Positions 1-47,624 of a DNA stretch of 64,000 nt are shown here, piece after piece (position 1 is the first letter of the stretch; every line of letters begins with the position of its first letter). The DNA lies in contig NC_092674.1 in NCBI RefSeq assembly GCF_964355755.1, positions 5,456,001-5,520,000 of the forward strand, read 5' to 3'. Below the pieces are notes generated by a model that saw only the letters and a list, made by a program, of their open reading frames with translations, searched no databases and was not told where the DNA came from. The position numbers were made by a program, and so were the translations under genes. Source of the DNA: Antedon mediterranea. Taxonomy: Eukaryota; Animalia; Echinodermata.

Positions 1-433
1 GTTAAGTTAAAGTTTTTAGCGTATATGACGTCAAATGGAAACTGCATATATAAAATAAACACGTGTTGGAACAGGATTTAGTCGTACAAATTCATATCAC
101 TTCACTACCAAATTGGAATGTGAACGTGTCATCAATCCCGATTGAGAATTATTCGCATCTTATTTGGTTTCATGGATCGCCCGGATGTAGCCTATATCTT
201 GCTCTCCCACCTTCACTTCTCGGCCCATTTTATGTTAATATTCGTATTTGTATTAACCATTTGTGTTCTATATTGTACTTCATGCTTAACTAAGTCATAT
301 CACGTCACTACAAATTTTGAATGAGAACGTGTCATCAATCAGGTAGTAGGACCCTGATTTAAAATATTGGCCTGTAAACGTTAACGTCAAGAATTTTCTT
401 TGGTCACTTACATAATCACTGACTTTAACTTAC

Positions 434-2352
434 CGTGTTCACAGGACTCATTTCGATATATCTTTCTCCTGCGATCTCGGCAAAATTACTCTCGTCTTCC
501 GTACGAGTAGCGTCATTTAATTTACATGTATTTTGGTTGTAGTTGACTGATTTACAGTGCTGGTTCTTGATACAGTTGGTGACACAGGAAGCCAAAGTAC
601 AGTCAGTGATAGTGGCGATGTCATTGTTTTGCAGCTCATGGTTCTCTACGATCACTGTGGACTTGTATGCATTATCGAGATCTGGAATTAAAATAGCTAG
701 ATTGGTACGAATTACATACAACTGAAAAAAGGGGCGATTGCAGATTCTGGCATCTTATGAAGGCCTAGTAATTTACCAATTAAAGTATATTGAAACGGGG
801 AATAGTCTTTGAAATTTACATCCCGGTGGTCAAATTCATAGTAACTATTTACACTACACCTACACTTACCGTTAATTTCGAAAACCGCATCAAACGTAAA
901 ACGTCTGGTTAGGTGATGTGTGAACGTAATCTGGGTCCCGATATCATAGACAGATGGCTGTGCCGTATATTTATAAATCGACCCTACATTGGAATAATCA
1001 TTTTGGTGGTAGAGGCGCGCAGTTGTTGTATACGTAAAGCCAATTTTATCTCCAGGTAAAACATCAATTCTATCAGAATGTACAAGTAGAAATTCGACGA
1101 GAACGTCAGGCTCTCCTTCCGGAAGTAAAGTTTTCCCGATGATTTCATACACGTTGTTGTCTGCGTCTACCGCTCTGTAAACTAAACCAATAATATCTGT
1201 TGTTACTTTTGCCATATACCTCCATCCTGTGATTGTACCGGGACACTTTATCTTGTTCCAATCGTCTATCCAAATGTTACTGACTGTTGTTGTTTCCGTA
1301 GTTATCTTCATGAATGGCCACTTGATAATGTTACATGGTAAATATGAATCTGAAAAAAAATCAAATCTTGTGAACCTGTCGTTATCGATTTTCGATACAG
1401 ATATTGTAGAAACATTTGTCAAAACTCATTTTGCTACACAAAAATATTCAAAATAATATATATATACAAAGAAATTCAGTACCCTTTAAAACAGCTTGAA
1501 TTGAATATGTTCTCATACTGGAACCGTCGTTGATCGTGTGAACAGTGTGGACTAACAAATCATTCTGACTGATCCCGTGGCGATATATAACCGTTTTACC
1601 TCCATCATCATACGGCAGAAGACTTGTTTCAAATTTAAATCCAATAACATCACCACTTTTTACTGAGATCCAATCTGGTTCTGGTAACGTAAACTCTCGT
1701 GCTGTATTCAATACTTGTTGTTTCGTTATTACGGTTCGTCCAACCACAACGTACTGACTGCTACCAGCTCTGTGTGGACGCATCACCAATGCTAAGAATT
1801 CTGCAGACGCAGTTGGATAGAATCTCCAAGCTGTTACATATCCATCACATGTTATTGGATTCCCAATATTCAACATCGTCCATCCAGGGGAGTCCGATAA
1901 AGATCTAGATGTTAGAGCTCCTCCATCTACCTTATGGCAACTACTGCCATAGGCTAAAAATAAAGCAAGAACTCAGAAAATCAATCATGAAAGCATTACC
2001 GCAGTCTATCTCTGTTAAGCATGGTTTCTACTAGCGACGCAACGTAAGAAAATGCCCTAATAATCGTGTTTGCCCCCGCCTGCGTGAAATCAAACCTGCG
2101 ATGTTTGCAGCACTCTATTGCGTCGTCGGTTCCCACTTATGATTACGCAATACAGCACTTTGGGTCGATACGTCGCTGCGTTGCGTTCTAATGGGAACCA
2201 CGCCTTACTGTACTTTCTGTTTTTATCTCCTAGTTCATAATTTTATTTCACATTACTGTACCTAAAATGAGTATACATTTTAGACGCTACTAACCTTTAA
2301 ACACCAACAGAAGAAAAACGAATCCTTGTACAAAATACATGATGATAGGCAT
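434..2352 (-). CDS. Paralog B (5' part; continues off the left edge): secreted protein with signal peptide, two unnamed beta-rich domains and a PAN/Apple domain
   Basis: Exons 2352-2295 (MPIIMYFVQGFVFLLLVFK, hydrophobic signal), 1953-1483, 1349-870 and 681-434 (PAN: CVTNC..CKSVNY..CKLN). All have GT-AG boundaries and compatible phases, and match the exons of gene A one-to-one. Confidence 0.85.
2017..2205. mobile_element. MITE family 'AGC(G/T)TGGTTCCCACTAG' (PIF/Harbinger-like), representative copy
   Basis: Terminal inverted repeats agcatggtttctactag...ctaatgggaaccacgc. Related copies at ~5257-5475, 5953-6350, 24018-24197 and many at 49.9-52.9 kb. TAA/TTA flanks. Confidence 0.7.
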
Positions 2353-3197
2353 CCTCGTACTTGGAAATAATCTCGGTTTTATCTCAAAGGAAGATTTTAA
2401 CTCGTAGGTTATACCGACACTTGTTGTCAAGCTCAAATGCAGTTGTTTTAAACATGAGTGCAAGAAGCAAAATATATATCTCAAAACGGCTAATTTTCAT
2501 TCGTAGGATGTGATCAGTAACCAAGATCTTCCAGAGGAAATGTTTCGTATAATGCTTACTACCTACGCTATAACCTAATTTTAAAAATCCACTTTCAAGA
2601 ACGAAATTGTAAATGACATTCAAAACATATACAAATCATGTGTGTTAAATAAAGGGTGATAACTATTCTGTGCCGCAACTTAATCAATATTGCCCTTATT
2701 TATAGAAATATATTATAGATTGATATATAGATTATAACAAACGAAGAGGAGGAGCCATAGAAACAATTAGCGTACACTCCACGCAAGAAGAATAGCGTGT
2801 TGAGAGTTTGATGTAGTCATATTGATTGCCAAGCACGCGACAAAGATAAATCTATAATATAATAATACTAAGCCAAAATTTGTCTCCTTTCTCTTCCTAA
2901 ACCGCACGTCGGATACAAGCGTCGCTCGAGCTGGCGCATCTTCTATCTATCTTGAGCGGAATCCGCCCATCCGCTCCGCGTTTTGTGTGAATTGTCATAA
3001 GGATAACATAGATTCTATATTGTTATAACCGTTACCACTCGTCTGTGTAAATTTGCCATATTTTGACATATCTTAATTTGTAGATAAAATCAATACGTAA
3101 TTTTTCTCAATCAATAAAGTTTAATTGTATGTTCCATAGCTACCAGTCGTTCATTTTTTACATGAGTCGCAATAATGTTTACATACATAATAGTGTT

Positions 3198-3386
3198 ATA
3201 AGGTTTATCGCAAATAGCATGCGTGACACATGGTGGGAAGGATTTGGGAGCAAACGTTACGACGCGTACGTACGTGATTTGTTGTTTGTACGTACATACC
3301 CGTCGGCGTGACGTTTTCTCCCAAACCCATCATGCATTGTGAAATGACGTTCCTCGCGAAATCAAGCTATTTGCGATAAACCTTAT
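3198..3386. mobile_element. Short non-autonomous TIR element (MITE)
   Basis: Perfect 21-bp inverted termini ataaggtttatcgcaaatagc / gctatttgcgataaaccttat enclosing ~150 bp. Confidence 0.65.
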
Positions 3387-3770
3387 TGTTTTTGTTGTTG
3401 TTGCAACAATTGATTTCCAATTGCCTGCACAACCCTCCAAACAACACTCTATTTTATGAACTAACCATTGGTCGTTTCTTACTTACTTTTTGAGTTGAGT
3501 TAAATTATTATATACTCATATCTTTATTTTCAATGATAGGCCCTATAAATACATTTTAAGTCTTTTATTAAGTATTTCGTTGCCGTTATAGGCCTAAAGT
3601 TCCGTAAAGTTTTTGTTCTTGTTTCCTTTTGTGGTTCACCACCAATCTGACATTCAACATTTTCTATCTCTTTAATATCATTTATAATTTTAACCTTTAG
3701 TAGCATACCATTCCATCAAATCACATTCATTACATTTATAAAGTTCCGTATTACGTTCATATTAGTATAA

Positions 3771-3937
3771 AGCTATGTCTACACTATCAAACTAGTTTGA
3801 CAAAAAAATTGTGATGTGCCCAAATATGGTAGTGATATGCCAAAATATGGTAGTGATATACCCAAATACGGTAGTGATATGGCATCATCATGTTCGTATG
3901 GGCATATCACATAATGTTTGATAGTGTAGACAGAGCT
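3771..3937. mobile_element. MITE family 'AGCTCTGTCTACACTATCAAAC' (Harbinger/Tourist-like, TAA/TTA TSD), representative copy
   Basis: TIR agct(c/a)tgtctacactatcaaac...gtttgatagtgtagacagagct with TAA on both sides and internal ATATGGTAGTGAT repeats. About 15 more copies at ~7027, 7726, 18516, 21788, 22132, 26818, 31055, 35427, 36234, 37310, 37930, 39356, 41352, 41983 and 61575. Confidence 0.8.
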
Positions 3938-4165
3938 TAACGCCGTTTTACACATTTTGTTTGCCTATGCCATCGATCGTGTGATGAATTGGCAGTATTA
4001 ACATCTGTGTAGTTTCTGGATTTTATAAACAAAAAAAACCAATCGTAATTTTGTTTTTAATCTGTTGAAGTCAGTTTCAATAATAAACTAAGCAGCAGTC
4101 CATTCAAAAGAACTGGTTCCACTTCTTGACTATTTAAGCAAAAAAAGTAGACGGTGTTTCATACT

Positions 4166-7100
4166 TCAAAATTTGACATCAATCGTCATAGCTCGGGCAG
4201 TACCAATATCTGAAAATAAACATGTAAACACAGTTAACATGATTGCTGTGCTTTTTTTAGATAACTGACTGATTTGGTAAAATGTATCGTATATATTCAA
4301 CAATCACCCTAAGGCCCATTCACACTAGGACGATAACGATCGACGATAAATATATAAGCATGCATTTTTACAATGAAAACAAAAATCTAAACGAATAAAA
4401 CGCAAGTAAAATTCTTAAATGAAAGTCTTTAATTTCTCCAGAAAATGGAGAGATACATTAACATTACAAAACAAGAAGCAAACAAAATACAAAACGGACA
4501 CAATGCAGTAGGCCTAGGCCTATTAACGTGTTATTCAACCTTATTGATTTAAGAGAAATACTTAGTCTGTACTCAGCACCTATTCAGTAGTATAGTTGTC
4601 CATATTTCAAAACACTGTTTTCTAAAATGTTAACACACACCACCCAAAACTTCTACATTCGGGACCAGACCTACTATAGTAGACGAATTTATTCGCGCGA
4701 ATCGAAAACGTCAGCTTTTGCGCATCATACTCCCTTCTGTGATGAATTCTCTTAGTTGAGTTGCATTCGCAGCCAATCCGAACTCATGAAATGAGTTGCC
4801 ATACGTTCACATGAGCACCATCAATATGAATCTAAAAGTTGAGCAGACTAGACTAGATGTAAGTAAAAATCCGCAGCTATTCGCGGAAACGGTGCGAGTT
4901 TTTTTTTTCTCTGCGAAAGATTTCCGCCAACAATTCCGCCTAGTGGGAAAAAGGCGCGGAGATTGGTGTTTTCGTTACTTACTTTCACTGATCCAAACCT
5001 CTGCTGACCTGGTTCGACTGTATACTATTCTAGGATTTGTGTTATAGCCATCAAACTTGTAACAATGTGTTCCTTCCACGACTGTGAACCATCCTTTGTC
5101 ACCATCACAACCATTATGTATGTTACTCATATAAAAACTTCTGAAATTTAAATTGTAAAAAATATGGATTAATATTATTTATCGATAGATTGATTGTTTA
5201 ATGCAAACTGAATTGATTGATTAATTTTTTGAAAGAAATTGTGCTTACGCAATAATTAGTTCCCAGTAGAGACGGAACGCAAGGACGTATTGACCAATCG
5301 CAAGAAACGGTTAGAATAATCCTTTGCTTGGATTGGTCAATTCGCTTGCGTTGCGGCTCACGTCCTTGCGTTGCGTTCTAGTGGGAACCAAGCTTAAGTG
5401 ACGTATAATGCATCGCTTGTGATTGGTAAAATCGTGATATCCTTGTGTTTCGTCTGTAGTGGGAACCAAGCTATTATATTGAACATGTTGCCAAAAGAGC
5501 ACTAAGGATACGTCTAAAGCCGATTTTCCATTAGGCGAATTTGTTCGCGCGAATAGAAAGCGTCAGCTTACGCATGCATATTCATGTTTACATTTTACAA
5601 AATGACGCTTTGGATGATGAGCGCGAACAAATTTGCCTAGTGAAAAATAGGCTTAACTTAAAGTCGGTTTTCTCCACACTTTTTGCGCGAATCGAAAGTG
5701 TTAATTAATGCGAATGCGTCTTAATAATTTCATATATTTATTGTGGCGTTAACAACATTCGCAACCAATCAGAACTCAAGAATGTTCGATTCGCGCGAAT
5801 AAATACACTAATAGAAAATAGTTAAGAAGAGTTTGATTGTATGTCTGTTAAATGGTCACATTGTATTTAGTTTTGTTGTACAAGGTGGGAGAGGAGGAGG
5901 GTGGGGGACATTCGAAAAGTTAGAAATAGATATGCTTGCAAACAAGATTACGCTAAAGCGTGGTTCCCACTAGAACGCAACGCCGTATTAACGCAAAGTG
6001 CTGTATTTCGTCATCACAGTGGGAACCGACGACGCAATAGTGCTGCAAAAATCGCAGGTTTGATTTCACGCAGGCGGGGGCAAACACAATTATTGGAAGG
6101 GCATTTTCTTACGTGGCGTAGGTTGCGTCGCTAGTAAGAACCAAGCTTAAGTATTATTACTGCATGACTTGTTTTAAACATATTCCAATTGTTTGTCTCC
6201 CACTTGGACGCAACGTAAGTGTGCCGCAAGTAATTTGACCAATCACGACGCGCGACAGATAATCAGAACCAACCCCATTAGAATTGTTGCTTGTGATTGG
6301 TCAACTCACTTTCGGCATGTCGTTGCATTGCGTCCAAGTAAGTGGGAAATCCATTATACACACCGACCGCCATGTGGGTTGTCTACTGAAAATATATTAG
6401 ATGAAGCAGTTTGCATGTCGTCCCAAGGTGAACTTTGAACTCTGTCCTTTGAAAACCAAGAGTTAGTAGTAGAACCAACACCATCAAAAGTGATAGAAAA
6501 CAACTCCTCGTGAAATGCAGAGAATGCTGTCAGTTTTACCTGTAACATAAACTTATAATATGTTATCAAAATCGATTTACTCGGAGAATTGTGATCGATA
6601 CTATAACAATAGATAAGATATTTGATTAGGTTGTAATTAATAATAGTGACGTCTACCTGTTGAATATTTAATGTTGACCAGTTATCAAATATTGCATTGC
6701 TTTTGTAAAATGTATCACTGATGAGAAATTGATGAGCATGGTGGCTTGATGTTTCTGATCCAGTTTGCCAAGCGCTGTTAATGCTAACTCCAGTCATAGA
6801 TACACCCTTAAACACTCGAACCCATTCATTTCCTGTGCAGAATAACAATTATTGAAACGTCTCTCTTAATTTTCTCCCCCCCCCCCCCCCCACCAAACCG
6901 AACGGATAGTTGTCCTTAAACATAGATTAGTGTATGAGTGATTAATGGATAAATATTGTTTAGACATAAACTTCGATGATTGTCATACCAAGGAGCAACA
7001 TCTAGAACTAGAACAATACAATCTAAAGCTCTGTCTATACCTATCAAAAAAGTGTGCTGTTCTTAAATATGGTAGTGATATGCCCATTTATGGTAGTGAT

Positions 7101-10100
7101 ATGATATCATCATGTCCATATATGGGCACATCCCATTTTTTTGTCACATAAAGTTTTATAGTGTAGACAGAGCTTAACATTACACACTGAGCTTGCCTTG
7201 CCAAGATATAGGCACCCGTCTATGAATTTGGCTTTTGAATTGGCTACATCAACTGCCAACAGTATAATATACGCCGCGATGAATAATGTACGTAGGCCTA
7301 GATAGAAGCCTACGTACATTATTCATCGCGGCGCGCGGTGTGTAGAACTGATCGTGTCGCAGCTACAGCTATAACCCCTTTGATCTAGTGGATTGCCTTG
7401 AACTTACCAATTCTACAACCTAAAACTTCAGCCCTTAAACTGCGATAATTGTGATAACTTTTAGGGTAAATCCTGATAGCTACGCCTTGTATTACTGGAT
7501 TAAAATAATGTGTTCGTACGCTAGTTTGGTCCCAATTACCATCAAAAATCTGTATACAAAATTAAGAAAATTAAATATATAATTGAGTAATTTAGGTTAT
7601 TATACGTTACACACATGAATGAAAAGAACCACTGTTGTAGTTACGTTTTTTAACTTTTGCTTGCAAACTAAGGAGTCATCTACGGAGGTCGGAAACAAGT
7701 TAACCCTTATATTTATTACTTTCTAAAGCACTGTCTACGCTATCAAACTTTGTGTGACAAAATATGTGATGTGCTCATATGGACATGATGATGTCATATC
7801 ACTACCATATTAAGCATATCAGTGCCATATTTGATATTAACTTTGATAGTGTAGACAGAGCTTAATGGAATTGTTTTCCGTTCACCGTCCTAATGATGGC
7901 ACTGCTCTATTTCAAACCGCAATAAATTGTAACCTGTATACATAACATTTATTATGTGGGAAAATGATAACGTATTTTTAAAATAGGGGGAGGGGGGGCG
8001 GGAAAGTGTGACATTTTGCTTGCAGCTTGTTTTCTGTACCCTAAGTTATTATCGGCGTTTCATAGTATTTTACGCATGAAACGCCATGTGTGCAACAATT
8101 TATATATGTATATGTTGTTACTAGTATACTAGACTACCAATTATAAATTGAAACCCGCCTAGAACCTAGACTATTGTATACCCTAGCTGTTATACCTTCT
8201 GATTTCCATGACCATTAGAGATGAAATTGTCACCAACTTGGTTCACTTTGATGTAACTTATTGTGTAGGTTTTCACCCATTGGCTTAGGTCTGTTCTTCC
8301 CTGTGTTTGGATACCTGTAATATTGTGCTCAACCATCAAATGTATTTGAATCCAACTGTTGATATCTGAATCATGTGGAATCCAACAAGGCACACAGTAA
8401 GATGTTGGTACTGCATTTAATCTTGCACATTTTGGACCGTAGTCTTCAGAATCTGAAAATGTGGAACTTGCACTCAATTGACCATCAAAAATATCACCAG
8501 ACTCCATTCCAAGAGGTTCCAGACATGCTATACAATATAATAATTTACAAAATAATGGTAAATTATAATATATTATTTACGGTACCATGGGTGGTTTGAT
8601 CTTAATTGTCAATTTTTACTGTAATAAGTCGTACAGTTATATCATTTTTTATGTTGGCTATCTCGCTTTAATTTCAATTCAAAATTTACTTACCAGGTGA
8701 CGGACACTGCTCAGCTAGATATCCAGTTTCTGAACAAATGCAGAGATAGCGTCTCATAGCACCAGGAACATCGATACAAACGTTGCCAGATCCACAATCA
8801 ACAAATGCACATATTCCTTCCGCCTTCTGTAATAATTTTTAAATGATGATTTAGAAGATAAAAATCAGAGTTTTTAATAATACGGTAATTTATTATGTGG
8901 AAACAATTGAATAATCAAAAAGATAGTTGAAATAAAAAAAAATAATAAAAGCTCATTTTCTGTGAATGGGCGTTAAAAAACACAGTTATAATATGTTTAA
9001 TCGGGGAAGAGTGAAATTTTACTTTTTCCTGATTTAATTTATAAATACATTTTTAAAACAATTATGTTTGTTTTTACGTCATTGTAGCGTAATGTCGATG
9101 TAACACAATTTGTTATTTATAACTTTTTCCATTTCTTACCAATGTACTGTATCATTTCAGTTTTACTGTGTTTTTAAAATAACAAAAAAAGTGAGAATCT
9201 CAATCTTTCTTCAGAGTACTGACTCTACAACTTACTGTGACCACAGGACTCATTTCGATGTATCTTTCTCCTGAATTCTCGACAAAATTACTCTCGTCTT
9301 CCGTACGAGTAGCATCGTTTAATTTGCATGTATTTTGGTTGTAGTTTACTGATTTACATTGCTGGTTCTTGATACAGTTGGTGACACAGGAAGCCAAAGT
9401 ACTGTCAGTGATAGTGGCGATGTCATTGTTTTGCAGCTTATGGTTCTCTACGATCACTGTGGACTTGTATGCATTATCGAGATCTGGAATTAAAATAGCT
9501 AGATTGGTAAGAATTACATACAACTGACAAAGGGGCGATTGCAGATTCTGGCATCTTATGAAGGCCTAGTAATTTACCAATTAAAGTATATTGAAACGGG
9601 GAATAATCTTTGTATTTATATCCCGGTGGTCAAATTCATAGTAACTATTTACACTACACTTACCGTTAATTTCGAAAACGGTATCAAACGTAAAACGTCT
9701 GGTTTGCTGATGTGTGAACGTAACCTGGGTCCCAATATCATATACAGATGGCTGTGCCGTATATTTATAAATCGACCCTACATTGGAATAATCAAATTGA
9801 TAATAGAGTTGCCCTGTTGTATACGAGAAGCCAATTTTATCTCCAGGTAAAACATCAATTCTATCAGAATGTGCAAGTGGAAATTCGACGACAACGTCAG
9901 GCTCTCCTTCTGGAAGTAAAGTTTTCCCGATGATTTCATACACGTTGTTGTCTGCGTCTACCGCTCTGTAAACTAAGCCGATGATATCTGTTGTTACTTT
10001 TGCCATATACCTCCATCCTGTGATTGTACCAGGACACTTTATCTTGTTCCAATCGTCCATCCAAACGTTCAAGACTGTTGTTCTTGTCGTAGTTATCTTC

Positions 10101-11059
10101 ATGAATGGCCACTTGATAATGTTACATGGTAAATATGAATCTAAAAAAAAATCAAATCTTGTGAACGTTAACCTGTCGTTATCGTGTTTCGATACAGTTA
10201 TTGTAGAAACATTTGTCAAAACTCATTTTGCTATACAAAAATATTCAATACAATATAGGCTATACAAAGAAATTCAGTACCTTTTAAAACAGCTTGAAAT
10301 GAATATGTTCTCATATAAGAACCGCCATTGATCGTGTGAATCGTGTGGACTAACAAATCATTCTGACTGATCCCGTCTTTAACAATAAACTCTGTACCTT
10401 CATTGTCACGTACCAAAAGACTTGTTTCAAATTTGAATCCAATGACATCCCCACTTTTTACTGAGATCCAATCTGGTTCTGGTAGCGTAAACTCTCGTTC
10501 TGTATTCAATACTTGTTGTGTCGGTATTACGGTTCGTCCAACCACAACGTACCTGTTGCTACCAGCTATGTGTGGACGCATCACCAATGCTAAGAATTCT
10601 GCAGACGCAGTTGGATAGAATCTCCAAGCTGTTACATATCCATCACATGTTATTGGATTCCCAATATTCAACACCGTCCATCCAGGGGAGTCCGATAAAG
10701 ATCTAGATGTTAAAGCTCCTCCGTGTACCTTAGGGCAACTACTGCCATAGGCTAAAATAAAATAAAGACAAGAACTTTGTTCAGGGCCCAAGCTATAGTG
10801 TCCCATTAACGCCCGTATTCTTTCTTAAACCGGACTTTAGTCATAATAGTCGTAAGAGGGTGTCCCTGGGGTTGTCCGTAGTAGTAGAAATATATATTTC
10901 TCCACGTTCGTTTTTTAAAGAAAGTGTCTCCTTAATTAAGGTTGTCCTTGAAAAGGCATTCTTGTGAACAGTTTTTCAATTTAGGCTAATTTACTAACCT
11001 TTCAACACCACGCTAACCAAGAGAAGAAATAGAAATACTTGTACATCAACAGCCCACAT
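4166..11059 (-). CDS. Paralog A: secreted mosaic protein, ~805 aa (signal peptide - unnamed domain x2 - PAN/Apple - EGF-like - FA58C/discoidin - unnamed C-terminal domain)
   Basis: 11 exons joined in frame by GT-AG: 11059-10999 (MWAVDVQVFLFLLLVSVVLK), 10751-10281, 10140-9664, 9483-9236 (PAN), 8826-8694 (EGF: CAFVDCGSGNVCID..YLCICSETGYLAEQC), 8527-8196 + 7549-7408 (FA58C: CLEPLGMESG..WIQIHL..ITGIQTQGR..IFDGNWD..LRAEVLGC), 6832-6657, 6539-6364, 5140-4983, 4209-4166 (TGA). The lengths sum to 2418 nt, divisible by 3. Confidence 0.85.
5518..5654. mobile_element. MITE family 'AGCCGATTTTCCACTAGGCGAATTTGTTCGCGC'
   Basis: Imperfect TIRs with TAA flanks. Related copies at ~4665-4955, 5660-5823 and 35279-35423. 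Confidence 0.6.
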
Positions 11060-12014
11060 AATGCATGCAGTGGTAGTTCTTCGTACGTAGGCCTACTTCG
11101 AATCTATTCAATTGGACACGACGACTAGACGAGATATGTCCAAAGAACGATTGTTTAATTTTGACGCGTTCGTATGTTATACTAAGTCTGCCACACGCTA
11201 TAATGTAGCATTATCTTGCGTACGTGTAAGGAACGACTACTTAACAGAAATGTAAGGCTCAGCTCATTACACTTCAAAAGACAGCGTAGACTAATCTTAT
11301 TGCGGGGGTAGGCCTACAAAATAAAGAATAATAAATGTCCTCAAACTAACCAATAATCATGCAGATAATCAATATTTTCTTTGTTTTTAAAGACCAATAT
11401 AATATGTTGCTATTGACAGTTATTACCGGATGAAGCCTATCGACCATTATATATAATATGCATGAAAGATAATTGTGTAATGCACAGCTAACTGTTGTGC
11501 TTCTTTTTTAATAACGCGTTTACATTTTTTCTTTATCAAGATGTCATCAATACGTAGGTATAATTCATAATTAATTATTTCCATCAATAATTAGCAGTAA
11601 AATATGTATATGCTGTATAGCTATTGATAATAATAATAATAATAAGACGATCAATTTATTATTACCCTTTACGTCACATTATCACCAGTTAGTGAGGACA
11701 TTTTTGTGATAAAGTAAGAGCAGTTTTCTGTTTAGGCTCATGCCCAGATGAAATTTAAAATGTACTTTTAAGAAGTTTTGCCAAATAAATATTATTATTA
11801 TCTGATCACATCAGTTTTTCACATCAACTGAACACATAAGTTTCTTACACATTTATGGCGTTCCATATATCCCCAAAACTTTCGGAATGATGTATGAGGG
11901 CGTGGTAGTGGTGGAGAGAAAAGTAAAAAGAAAATGGCCGATGGTCTTGTAAGGCAATAAAAATTGGTTGCGAGAGTCAAAAAGCTGTTATTGAACATCC
12001 GATATAAGAAAATT

Positions 12015-46230
<34,216 letters not shown>

Positions 46231-47425
46231 ACAAATTAAAAGATGGGGCTAGGATTTGGTTCTAGAGTTAACAACAAAGGGAGACACATCGTCTAGGGTT
46301 GCCTGCCCAATTAATAGTTCTTTACAGTGAGGCTAAGAATTTAAGCCCAGACTCAAAGGCAGGCACATAACCACTTACCACATAGATGCAAGGATGATGC
46401 TAGGGTTTAGATCTAGAGGTATCAACAAGGGGAGGCATGTCATCCCCTAGGGTTGCCAGCCCCTAGGGTTGTCATCTCCTAGGGTTGTCATCCCCTAGGG
46501 TTGCCAGCCCAATTAATAATGCTTTAAAGTGAAGCTAATGATTTAGGCCTAGACTCAAAGGCTGGTACATAACCAACTGTGGTAGCTAGCCAAATTATAG
46601 CATGATTAAAATGTGAGGCTAGGAATTTAAAGAATCAACCAAGGTACTTCCAGCCTAATCATATACATAGGTGCTTTAAATATTGCCCCTGCTATTTATC
46701 CCCATTGTTTTCATTTTGGCTCAATTCGATGAAAATATTGATTAATGGGGAATTTGTAAGTTGTAAATTTTATATCAATTAGTAATTTATTAAGCTAAAT
46801 TTGGACAGTTTACTAATCTTATCCTTTATGTTGGATTTATATATGTGTGAATAAATTATCATGTAATTAAATATTGGGGAGAATAGGTGATTAACATCTT
46901 TTGTAAAAAGTTTTAAAAATAAACCGTAAAAAATACAATATTGTTCCAAATAAGGACACTACTTAAACAACATAATTTAAATAGCACTTTTTAAAATTGA
47001 TTGTTTTTTGGGGTGTTTTTTTTGGTGTCAAAAAATTTGGACCAACTGTGCTAACAATGTACCTAATGAACAATCTCCACTATGTTTAGCCTATTATTAG
47101 TAGCTCATTATAATATTTTACTAAGCAAATATTCATTTTAACAATTAGTTAAAAGGTAATGTTTTAATATTGGGTTGCTACAGTATCAATATTTACAGAT
47201 ATTCTGTTTATGTTATAAATTTGAATATAAGAGTTTTTATATAAATGTTAAGTACACTTTAATTAATGTAGTACTCTTAATTAAACAAATCTTTTATATT
47301 GTGAAAATCTTTTGGTAAACTAAACACTCTTCTATATAAGAGTCTCACTTGGTTGATGTATAAGTGTTCTGTAAGAGTTCACAGACTGTCTTTCAAGTAC
47401 TCTTTGATATAATTGTATGCACCCT

Positions 47426-47624
47426 CAGGTGAATAGTAATTTCACCATGCTAAGGACTCTTATTCAAAGGTGAATAGTAATTTCACCGTGCTAAGGACTC
47501 TTATTCACAGGTGAATAGTAATTTCACCGTGCTAAGGACTCTTATTCACAGGTGAATAGTAATTTCACCGTGCTAAGGACTCTTATTCACAGGTGAATAG
47601 TAATTTCGCCGTGCTAAGGACTCT
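47426..47624. repeat. 41-bp tandem repeat x~4.8 with an internal hairpin
   Basis: caggtgaatagtaatttcaccgtgctaaggactcttattca, starting at 47426, 47467, 47508, 47549 and 47590. Confidence 0.9.

Noticed and set aside
9539-10706. Plus-strand ORFs over gene A and B exons (also 11819-12181 and 54379-55276)
   Set aside because: Antisense shadows of real coding exons.
47426-47624. CRISPR-like palindromic direct repeats
   Set aside because: Units are contiguous with no unique spacers, there are no cas genes, and the context is eukaryotic; it is a plain tandem repeat.
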